Below, piece after piece: positions 38,469 to 46,225 of a stretch of 64,000 nucleotides of DNA. Made by a program: the position numbers and the translations under genes. Numbering within the stretch: position 1 is the first letter of the stretch; the number at the start of each line of letters is the position of its first letter. This DNA comes from an uncultured Blautia sp. (lineage in GTDB: Bacteria > Bacillota > Clostridia > Lachnospirales > Lachnospiraceae): assembly GCA_934424575.1 (NCBI GenBank), contig CAKRXU010000008.1, forward strand, positions 7,179 through 71,178, read 5' to 3'. The notes under the pieces are model-generated. The model did no database searches. It worked only from the letters and a program-made list of their open reading frames with translations, and was not told the origin of the DNA.

Positions 38469-38520
38469 ATTATACTAAAAGCTTATATAGTTTGCAATGT
38501 GTGATTTGCTGTGCTATAGT
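38469..38520. promoter_or_regulatory. back-to-back divergent promoters sharing one palindromic -35 hexamer
   Basis: TTGCAA (38492-38497) is its own reverse complement. On the plus strand, 17 nt then TATAGT (38515-38520). On the minus strand, 17 nt then TATAAT (complement of 38469-38474). Confidence 0.5.
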
Positions 38521-38562
38521 ATTTTTCAGAAAAGAAAGAGATGAAACGGAGTTTGAAGTACG

Positions 38563-39114
38563 ATGCATAAATATAAGAAATTTTTGACAGTCTGTTCTCT
38601 GGCAGCACTATTATCTTCCTGTACTGTGCCATTTGTCTGTATGGCGGCAGCAGACACGGCAGAAACACAGGCAGTAGAATTTGACAAAGAAGATGGAGAA
38701 TATTCCATCCAGGTAGATCTGGAGGGTGGAAGCGGCAAGGCGAGCGTGACTTCTCCGACACTTTTTACTGTGAAGGACGGAATGGGATATGCACAGATCC
38801 AGTGGAGCAGTTCCAACTATGACTACATGATCGTGGACGGAGAGAAATATCTCCCGACAAATGAGGAGGGCATGAACTCTGTATTTGAGATCCCGATCCT
38901 CACACTTGATGAGGCAATGCCGGTGATCGCAGACACCACGGCGATGGGAGCACCTCACGAGATCGAATATACGCTGACTTTTTATTCCGATTCCATCGGT
39001 TCCAAGAGCCAGCTTCCGCAGGAGGCAGCCAAGAGAGTCGTTGGCGTTGCAATGGTGATCATCGTTGGCGGTGGGATCCTGAATTATTTTGTCAACAAAC
39101 GCAACAGATGTTAG
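38563..39114 (+). CDS. small cell-surface protein: signal/lipobox N-terminus, ~120-aa beta-rich Met-containing domain, C-terminal TM anchor
   Basis: 183 aa. LLSSC lipobox-like signal, core EYSIQVDLEGGSGKASVTSP...YAQIQWSSSNYDYMIVDGEKY..., then VVGVAMVIIVGGGILNYFV plus a basic tail. I cannot assign a family with confidence. Confidence 0.6.
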   Translation: MHKYKKFLTVCSLAALLSSCTVPFVCMAAADTAETQAVEFDKEDGEYSIQVDLEGGSGKASVTSPTLFTVKDGMGYAQIQWSSSNYDYMIVDGEKYLPTNEEGMNSVFEIPILTLDEAMPVIADTTAMGAPHEIEYTLTFYSDSIGSKSQLPQEAAKRVVGVAMVIIVGGGILNYFVNKRNRC

Positions 39115-39136
39115 GGACAGTCTAACAAGCATTAAG

Positions 39137-39174
39137 GAGATTTGGCACTAAGGGATGGTGCCAAATCTCTTTTT
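39137..39174 (+). terminator. rho-independent terminator that also carries copy 1 of the 27-nt mtl palindrome (candidate MtlR operator)
   Basis: GAGATTTGGCAC (39137-39148) pairs with GTGCCAAATCTC (39158-39169). The loop is 9 nt and T5 follows. Confidence 0.8.
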
Positions 39175-39181
39175 CTATTTC

Positions 39182-39211
39182 TTGAAAAGTACAATGGTTT
39201 TTCGCTATAAT
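39182..39211 (+). promoter_or_regulatory. putative mtlA promoter
   Basis: TTGAAA (39182-39187), 18 nt, TATAAT (39206-39211). Confidence 0.6.
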
Positions 39212-39336
39212 GAACTCATCAAGAAGAGAGTAACTGGCCGGTTACACCTCAGAAAAAAAGAGTAAAAGAAAATGAAACTGACGGAAAAAGAGAAGGAAAT
39301 CCGTCCACTAAAAAATCAAAATGAGGTGTAAACACA

Positions 39337-40734
39337 ATGAAAGAAAAAGTTCAGGTATTTGGAAGGTTTTTGAGCGGAATGGTCATGCCGAACATCGGCG
39401 CATTCATCGCATGGGGGCTCATCACAGCGCTTTTTATCGAGACAGGATGGTGTCCGAATGAGAAACTCGCACAGTTTGTAACTCCGATGTCAACCGTACT
39501 GCTGCCGCTTCTGATCGCATACACTGGCGGTTCTGCCGTAGCAGGACAGCGCGGCGGCGTGATCGGTGCGATCGCGACCATGGGTGTGATCGTCGGTTCT
39601 GACATCCCGATGTTCATCGGTGCCATGATCGTCGGACCGCTGGCTGCATGGATCATCAAGAAATTTGACAAAGCAGTTGAGGGTCACATCAAAGCCGGCT
39701 TTGAAATGCTGGTAAATAACTTTTCACTTGGTATCATCGGTGCGATCCTTGCATGTCTTGCCATGTATGGAGTTGCCCCGCTCGTAACAGGAATGAACTC
39801 CGTTATGAGAGCCGGTGTAGATGTCTTTGTTTCACACGGACTTCTTCCGCTGGCAAGTATCTTTATCGAACCTGCAAAAGTATTATTCTTAAACAACGCG
39901 ATCAACCACGGGATCTTATCCCCAATGGGAATCCAGCAGGTAGAGGAAACGGGAAAATCTATTTTCTTCCTGCTTGAAGCAAACCCGGGGCCGGGACTTG
40001 GAATCCTGCTTGCTTACTGTATCGCAGGCAAAGGAAATGCGAAGAGCTCTGCACCTGGAGCAGTGATCATCCATTTCCTCGGCGGAATCCATGAAATCTA
40101 TTTTCCGTACATCCTTATGAACCCGCTGCTTCTGATCTCTGTCATCGCAGGCGGCGCAAGTGGAATCTTCTGCTTCAACTTATTTAACGTAGGTCTTACT
40201 GCACCGGCTTCACCGGGAAGTATCATCGCGATCATGATGATGGCAGAAAAACACAGCTATTTTGGACTGATCGTCGGTGTTGCAGTGGCAGCACTTGTCT
40301 CTTTTGCAATCTCCGTGCCGATCCTCAAATTCATGGGCAAGGATACATCTCTGGAAGATGCACAGCGTCAGAAAGATGCCATGAAAAAACAGGCAAAAGG
40401 AATTGCAGCAGAAACAGCAGCCACTGTACCGGCAGCAAATACAGGAAAAGTAACAAAGATCGCTTTTGCATGCGATGCAGGAATGGGCTCCAGCGCAATG
40501 GGCGCAACGGTCCTCAAGAAAAAACTTGCAGCAGCAGGTCTTGAGGGAATCGAAGTTATCCACACACCGGTATCCAGCATCCCGGCAGATGTACAGATCG
40601 TTGTCACACATGAGGAACTGGGAGAGCGCGCAGCACACAGCAATCCGAATGCAGAGCGCATCCTGATCACAAACTTCCTTGCCGCACCGGAATATGCAAC
40701 ACTGGTAGAAAATCTGAAAAAGAGAAATTTATAA
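39337..40734 (+). CDS. mtlA: PTS mannitol-family transporter subunit IICB
   Basis: 465 aa. MKEKVQVFGRFLSGMVMPNIGAFIAWG, GGIHEIYFPY, and the EIIB Cys motif FACDAGMGSSAMGA. Confidence 0.9.
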   Translation: MKEKVQVFGRFLSGMVMPNIGAFIAWGLITALFIETGWCPNEKLAQFVTPMSTVLLPLLIAYTGGSAVAGQRGGVIGAIATMGVIVGSDIPMFIGAMIVGPLAAWIIKKFDKAVEGHIKAGFEMLVNNFSLGIIGAILACLAMYGVAPLVTGMNSVMRAGVDVFVSHGLLPLASIFIEPAKVLFLNNAINHGILSPMGIQQVEETGKSIFFLLEANPGPGLGILLAYCIAGKGNAKSSAPGAVIIHFLGGIHEIYFPYILMNPLLLISVIAGGASGIFCFNLFNVGLTAPASPGSIIAIMMMAEKHSYFGLIVGVAVAALVSFAISVPILKFMGKDTSLEDAQRQKDAMKKQAKGIAAETAATVPAANTGKVTKIAFACDAGMGSSAMGATVLKKKLAAAGLEGIEVIHTPVSSIPADVQIVVTHEELGERAAHSNPNAERILITNFLAAPEYATLVENLKKRNL

Positions 40735-40907
40735 ATTATAGATGCCCTCTAAAATTTTAATATAACCGCAACATATCCCACACGTTAGTTATGCGCCTTA
40801 AATGGAGCGAATTGACGGGTGGGATTGTTGTATGATAAAATTATTTACAGAACAAAAACGGGTAGCAGACAGGCGGCGGGGAAATCTGTCTGACGCGGGG
40901 GAACGTT

Positions 40908-42431
40908 ATGAATGTGATACAGAAAACAGGAAAATTTTATTCAAGGATCATCATGAAAAATATCGGCACTTTTGTCTTTATCGGTCTTTTGTCCGTGGTA
41001 TTTCAGACCAAGGGATGGTTTCCGAATGAAGATATCTATGCGATCTCGCAGGTCGCCTATCGCTATGTCCTGCCATGTATGATCGCCTATGAAGGAGGAA
41101 ATCTTCTCAGTGACTCTTTTGGAGGGCTGGCGGCAGTTATGGCACTCTGTGGGATCCTCGTGCGGGATCCGGAGGCAGGGATCTTTGGGGCGATGGTCTC
41201 AGCTCCACTCGGAGGATACCTCTGGAAAAAAGAGCGGGAATTTCTGGAGCGGGACTGTTTCGCAGAGACCAAGATGCTGTTCCGAAATTTGCTCCTGGGG
41301 CTTACCGGGGCGGTTCTTGCGGTCGGGGAATATTATCTTCTGGCAGAAGCAGTGACTGTCTTTGCAGTAGCAGCCGGCAGCTGCATCGGATGGATCATGG
41401 AGCATGGCTATATCGCAGTCCTGAATGTCCTGATCGAGCCGGCGAAGGTTTTTTTCCTGAATAATATCATGAACCATGGGATCCTCGTTCCGCTGGGGAT
41501 GAGCCAGGCAGAGCAGACGGGAGGTTCGCTCCTTCTCCTTCTTGAGACGAACCCGGGACCGGGACTTGGGATGCTGCTTGGACTGCTTTTATACAAAAGA
41601 AAAAATGTCAAACGCCGTCAGGAATTGGCGACAGCTGCATTTACACAGGCGATCGGAGGGATCCATGAAGTTTATTTTCCCTTTGTACTTGCGGATCTGG
41701 GCCTTCTGCTTCCATTGATCGTGGGTGGTGTTGCGGGAAGTATCTGGTTTTCCGTTTTTCACTGTGAGACAGCGGGCGTGATCTCGCCGGGAAGTGTTCT
41801 GACCATTCTGATCATGGCGGGAAGAAACAGTATGCTGCCGGTGCTTGGAGGAATCCTTGTTTCTACGGCTGTGTCCGGCGTTGGTAGCTATCTGTATCTG
41901 TGCTGGAGAGGTGAGGGGAAAGAAAAGCTGCAGCCAGAAGCTATGAAGACAGATGGTGCACAGAATGTAGTGCAGTTGAAAACAATGGAGCCAGAAGTAT
42001 TGCAGCCAGAAATACCGGAGAGTGAGAAGCAGGAAGAACTTGAGAAAGAAAATACAGAAATGTCCGGGTCGGAGCGTGAAGTGGAAACTGCATCAGAACA
42101 GGAGGAGAAACCCATGCCGGATAATATTTACCAGAACTTACATAAAATAGGCTTCGTCTGTGACGGAGGAATGGGCTCCAGCGCAATGGGAGCGGCTCTG
42201 TTCCGACGCGCACTCAAAACAGCCGGTATCACTGGGATCCAGGTGGAAGTTTATGCTGCAGACCTGATCGAAGAGGACATTGATCTGATCGTCTGCCAGA
42301 AAGAATTTTATGCGCTGAACCCACAGCTGCATGAGAAAGCCTGTCATGTGATCGCCGGATTTACCGACAGAGAAGAATACACAAAACTGATCCAGTGCAT
42401 CCAGGATGCACAGAATGGGGGAACAAGATGA
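40908..42431 (+). CDS. second, divergent PTS mannitol-family EIICB paralogue with a long acidic IIC-IIB linker
   Basis: 507 aa, co-linear with the first (GGIHEVYFPF; FVCDGGMGSSAMGA) but clearly diverged. The ~70-aa E/Q/K-rich linker is encoded at ~41910-42125. ATGA overlap with mtlR. Confidence 0.8.
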   Translation: MNVIQKTGKFYSRIIMKNIGTFVFIGLLSVVFQTKGWFPNEDIYAISQVAYRYVLPCMIAYEGGNLLSDSFGGLAAVMALCGILVRDPEAGIFGAMVSAPLGGYLWKKEREFLERDCFAETKMLFRNLLLGLTGAVLAVGEYYLLAEAVTVFAVAAGSCIGWIMEHGYIAVLNVLIEPAKVFFLNNIMNHGILVPLGMSQAEQTGGSLLLLLETNPGPGLGMLLGLLLYKRKNVKRRQELATAAFTQAIGGIHEVYFPFVLADLGLLLPLIVGGVAGSIWFSVFHCETAGVISPGSVLTILIMAGRNSMLPVLGGILVSTAVSGVGSYLYLCWRGEGKEKLQPEAMKTDGAQNVVQLKTMEPEVLQPEIPESEKQEELEKENTEMSGSEREVETASEQEEKPMPDNIYQNLHKIGFVCDGGMGSSAMGAALFRRALKTAGITGIQVEVYAADLIEEDIDLIVCQKEFYALNPQLHEKACHVIAGFTDREEYTKLIQCIQDAQNGGTR

Positions 42432-44533
42432 AGTTAAGTAATATTTCGCCCCGAGTCAGCCAGATCCTGCAGATTCTGCTGGAACAGAATGCACCGATCT
42501 CTGTGAAAGCACTTGCAGAGCAGATGAATTTAAGCAAGCGCACGATCCAGAGGGAGATGGATTCTGTCAATGCGATTCTTAAGGGATACGAAATTATATT
42601 GAATTCCAAAACAGGAGTCGGAGTCTGGCTTGAAGACAGCGAGGACAAAAAACAGGAGCTGCGGCAGGATCTGTCGATGGATGACCGTCTGGATGTCAGC
42701 AACCGTGAAGAACGCAGGAAGCGTCTGACGCTTGAGATCCTCAAGGAAAAAGAACTCCGCAAACTGTTTTATTACAGCAGCCGTTTCCAGGTAAGTGAGG
42801 CGACGATCAGTGCAGATCTGGAGGCAATCGAAGGGTGGCTGACCAGATACGGGCTCCGGATCACGCGCAAGCCGGGAAGCGGGATTTCCATTTCCGGAAG
42901 TGAAGAAGCATACCGCCGCGCGATTCGTGCATTTATCAACGAAAATATCGATACGCATATGCTGAGAGAAGCCTACGAGTCTACAGAGAGTGACGCAGAG
43001 GGTTATGCATCGCTGCAGTACGGAGATATCGGTAAGATCTTGAATGATGATATCGTGAAGCGTGTGATCGCCTGCCTGTCAGGGATGGACAATACCCGTG
43101 TGATGACTCTGACAGAGAGTTCCTATGTCGGTCTGGTGATCCATATTGCGATCGCGATCAACCGGATCCTCAAGGATGAGGTGATCGACACGGATGCATC
43201 CTGGCAGCAGGGACTTGTGGAGGATGCAGATTATCACCTTGCAGAGCAGATCGTAGAAGAGCTGGAGGAAGAGTTTGAGATCGAGATCCCGGCAGTGGAG
43301 GTTTCCTATATCTGCCTGCACGTCAAGGGAGCAAAGCATGAAAAGATCCAGTGGGACGGACAGAAGATCAATGCGATCGAGAACAGGGAACTCCGGGGGC
43401 TTCTTAATGAAATGGTGGATGCTTTTGACCCGGAGAGTGCATATCTTCTGAAGCAGGACGAAGAATTTATCCAGGGGCTTCTCGCACACTTGCGTCCGAC
43501 TCTGATCCGTCTGGATCATGGCATGCAGATCCAGAATCCGGTGCTGGATGATATCAAACAGAACTATGCAGATATCTACCAGAAATGCCTGAATGTTGCC
43601 AAAGTGCTGGAACACTTTACCGGAAAGCAGGTTCCGGAGGAAGAGACAGGATTTTTGACAGTACATTTCGGCGCGGCTATGGTGCGTCAGGAAGGACGCA
43701 AAGAAGAAATCCGTCAGGTGGATATTGGAATTGTCTGCTCAAGCGGGATCGGTATTTCTCGTCTGATGCTGTCGAAGCTGAATAAGCTGTTTGGTGACCG
43801 CGTAAATCTTACTGCCTATGGAAAAAACGACATTACTTCTTATGTACAGGGAAAAACAGACTTTTTTGTATCCAGCCTTCCAATCGAAAAAGCAGAGATC
43901 CCGGTGATCCATGTCAATCCGCTTCTGAATGAGGAGGACATTGACCAGATCCGCAAGATGATCTACCAGTATCAGCGGATGCCAGGGAAACATAAGCAGG
44001 AAGATCTGTTTTCCGTGCAGCTTGATCAGATCAACCAGATGGCGGCACAGATTAATATTGTGATCAAGGATATGGAGCTTTTTCATGTAGATGTGGATAT
44101 TACCTTTGAGGAACTTCTGCATCAGATCGGAGAGAGGCTTTCTCCGTATTCCGACCGAAGCCAGATCATTCAGGAAGACCTGATGAGACGGGAGCAGGTG
44201 TCTTCGCAGATCTTTGCGGAGTTTGGCTTTGCGCTTCTTCATACCAGGACGAAGGGTGTGACGCGCCCGGTATTTGCCGTGTGCATGCCGGAGGAAAATG
44301 TGGCATTTAAAGACCCGTATTTCAAACAGATCACGGTGGCTTTTGTCATGCTGGTACCGGACGATGAGCTGGTAAAGATCAACAATGACATCATGGGACA
44401 CATCAGCGGCATGCTCATCGAAGAACCGGAATTTATGGAGGTCGCAGAGCAGGGCGACAAGGAGCAGATCCGCACGCTGCTGTCCAAACATCTAAAACAA
44501 TATTTCAGGAAATATCTTTCAGGACTGTCATAA
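42428..44533 (+). CDS. mtlR: PRD-containing transcriptional activator of the MtlR family (HTH, Mga-like, PRD1, PRD2, EIIB-Gat-like, EIIA-Mtl-like)
   Basis: ATG at 42428 (the track start at 42395 is rejected). The HTH is ISVKALAEQMNLSKRTIQREM. The EIIB-like Cys is in IGIVCSSGIGISRLM. ~700 aa, as for MtlR. Confidence 0.85.
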   Translation: MKLSNISPRVSQILQILLEQNAPISVKALAEQMNLSKRTIQREMDSVNAILKGYEIILNSKTGVGVWLEDSEDKKQELRQDLSMDDRLDVSNREERRKRLTLEILKEKELRKLFYYSSRFQVSEATISADLEAIEGWLTRYGLRITRKPGSGISISGSEEAYRRAIRAFINENIDTHMLREAYESTESDAEGYASLQYGDIGKILNDDIVKRVIACLSGMDNTRVMTLTESSYVGLVIHIAIAINRILKDEVIDTDASWQQGLVEDADYHLAEQIVEELEEEFEIEIPAVEVSYICLHVKGAKHEKIQWDGQKINAIENRELRGLLNEMVDAFDPESAYLLKQDEEFIQGLLAHLRPTLIRLDHGMQIQNPVLDDIKQNYADIYQKCLNVAKVLEHFTGKQVPEEETGFLTVHFGAAMVRQEGRKEEIRQVDIGIVCSSGIGISRLMLSKLNKLFGDRVNLTAYGKNDITSYVQGKTDFFVSSLPIEKAEIPVIHVNPLLNEEDIDQIRKMIYQYQRMPGKHKQEDLFSVQLDQINQMAAQINIVIKDMELFHVDVDITFEELLHQIGERLSPYSDRSQIIQEDLMRREQVSSQIFAEFGFALLHTRTKGVTRPVFAVCMPEENVAFKDPYFKQITVAFVMLVPDDELVKINNDIMGHISGMLIEEPEFMEVAEQGDKEQIRTLLSKHLKQYFRKYLSGLS

Positions 44534-44550
44534 ACGGCAGTCCTTTTTTG
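44521..44550 (+). terminator. rho-independent terminator after mtlR
   Basis: AGGACTG (44521-44527) pairs with CAGTCCT (44538-44544), followed by T6. The stop codon sits in the loop. Confidence 0.8.
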
Positions 44551-44578
44551 CTGTTATAGAGCGTCTTTTTTCTTCAAT

Positions 44579-44605
44579 TTTGGCACTAAGGGATGGTGCC
44601 AAATC
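44579..44605 (+). promoter_or_regulatory. copy 2 of the 27-nt mtl palindrome (candidate MtlR operator)
   Basis: TTTGGCACTAAGGGATGGTGCCAAATC is identical to 39141-39167. It ends 14 nt before the -35, exactly as copy 1 does. Confidence 0.65.
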
Positions 44606-44619
44606 CCCCTTTCTTTAAA

Positions 44620-44649
44620 TTGAAATTTCCCATTTGCCATGTGTATAAT
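44620..44649 (+). promoter_or_regulatory. putative promoter of mtlF-kinase-dehydrogenase unit
   Basis: TTGAAA (44620-44625), 18 nt, TATAAT (44644-44649). Confidence 0.6.
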
Positions 44650-44728
44650 AAAGTCACAAAGAGGAAAGCAAAAACAAATCGGAACTTCAAAAAATAGAAA
44701 ATGAAAAGAATTCAGGGAGGTAACTTAC

Positions 44729-45217
44729 ATGTTTTTTAAATCAAAAAAAGAGAAAGCTCAGAAAGCAGAAACAGCACCGGTGATCGAAAAGAAAGAACTT
44801 CTGTACCGTGAAAACATTCGCACAGGCTGCGCACCGGCGACAAAGCAGGAAGCAATCCTGGCAGCAGGAAAGATGCTTGTAGAAACAGGTTATGTAGAAC
44901 CGGAATATGCAGAGGCGATGCTCGAGAGAGAAAAGACATGTTCCACATTCATGGGAAACGGACTTGCTCTTCCACATGGTGTTGAAGCAGCAAAGAAGAG
45001 AGTTTTACAGTCAGGGATCTCCGTACAGACCTTCAAAGAACCGATTGACTGGGACGGCAATCCGGTTCGCATCGTGATCGGGATCGCAGGAGTCGGAGAT
45101 GCACATCTCGACATCCTGGCACAGATCGCAGAAGCAATGCTTGATGAAGAAGTGAGTGCAAACATCGCAGATTATGACGCAGATAAAATTTACAAAGTCC
45201 TCACAGGAAAGGAGTAA
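44729..45217 (+). CDS. mtlF: PTS mannitol-family EIIA component
   Basis: 162 aa. The phosphorylatable His is in GNGLALPHG, with an IVIGIAG block and a ~25-aa N-terminal extension. Confidence 0.85.
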   Translation: MFFKSKKEKAQKAETAPVIEKKELLYRENIRTGCAPATKQEAILAAGKMLVETGYVEPEYAEAMLEREKTCSTFMGNGLALPHGVEAAKKRVLQSGISVQTFKEPIDWDGNPVRIVIGIAGVGDAHLDILAQIAEAMLDEEVSANIADYDADKIYKVLTGKE

Positions 45218-45221
45218 AGAA

Positions 45222-46151
45222 ATGATCATAACAGTAACAATGAACCCGGCGATCGACAAGACCGTAGAGATCGAACAGCTCGTGCCAAACGGACTGAACC
45301 GCATCCAGAAGGTAGAATACGATGCCGGAGGAAAAGGAATCAACGTTTCCAAAACGATCCACGAACTTGGCGGTGAGAGCCTTGCGATGGGATTCCTCGG
45401 AGGAAATGCAGGAAAGACGATCGAGAACGTACTTACATCCTGGGACATCCAGCACGATTTTATCTGGGTGGAAGGCGAGACAAGAACCAACACCAAAGTT
45501 TTTGAAAAGAGCGGCGGTGTGACAGAATTAAATGAGCCAGGACCGGTCATCAGCGAAGCACAGGTGGAAGAACTGATCCAGAAAATCTGTGAGCACACAG
45601 ACAAAGAAACACTGGTCGTTCTCGCAGGAAGCATTCCAGCAGGTGTCGACAAAAACATTTACGCAGCGATCACAGAGCGTGTCCATGAAAAAGGCGGTTC
45701 CGTCCTGATGGATGCAGACGGAGAACTGTTCCGCAATGCGCTGAAAGCATCTCCGGACATCATCAAACCGAATCAGGTAGAACTGGAAGAATACATCGGA
45801 GCAGATTACAAGCTTTCCATGGGAGAACTCAAAGATCTGGCAGAAAAATTCCAGAACAACGGAATCAAAACCGTAGCGATCTCCATGGGAAAAGGCGGTG
45901 CGATGATCGTAAGAGACAAATTTGCGGCAAGATGCCCGGCATTATCTGTCAAAGCACACTCCACCGTAGGAGCCGGAGATGCAATGGTAGCAGCCCTTGC
46001 ATATTCCTGGGACAAAAAACTCGGTGATGAAGAAACCGTAAGACTCTGCATGGCAACTTCCGCAGGAGCCGTGACAACAGTCGGAACAAAACCGCCGGCA
46101 AGAACAGTTGTAGATGAACTGATCCCGCAGGTGGAGATGGAACTCCTGTAA
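45222..46151 (+). CDS. 1-phosphofructokinase-family hexose-phosphate kinase (PfkB/FruK/LacC family)
   Basis: ATG at 45222 with an AGGAAAGGAG SD. MIITVTMNPAIDKT, DAGGKGINVS and GAGDAMVAAL motifs. Specificity (fructose-1-P versus tagatose-6-P) cannot be read from the sequence. Confidence 0.85.
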   Translation: MIITVTMNPAIDKTVEIEQLVPNGLNRIQKVEYDAGGKGINVSKTIHELGGESLAMGFLGGNAGKTIENVLTSWDIQHDFIWVEGETRTNTKVFEKSGGVTELNEPGPVISEAQVEELIQKICEHTDKETLVVLAGSIPAGVDKNIYAAITERVHEKGGSVLMDADGELFRNALKASPDIIKPNQVELEEYIGADYKLSMGELKDLAEKFQNNGIKTVAISMGKGGAMIVRDKFAARCPALSVKAHSTVGAGDAMVAALAYSWDKKLGDEETVRLCMATSAGAVTTVGTKPPARTVVDELIPQVEMELL

Positions 46152-46225
46152 GGAGCAGTTTACTGCGGAACAATCCGTAAATATGGAGTAAATATAATAG
46201 AAAAAATAGAAAAGGAGATTTTATC

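Noticed and set aside
39144-39160. TGGCAC inside the 27-nt mtl palindrome as a sigma-54 -24 element.
   Set aside because: There is no TTGC-type -12 element at the required spacing. A good sigma-A promoter (TTGAAA-18-TATAAT) lies just downstream in both copies. No sigma-54 activator (EBP) domain is seen in MtlR.
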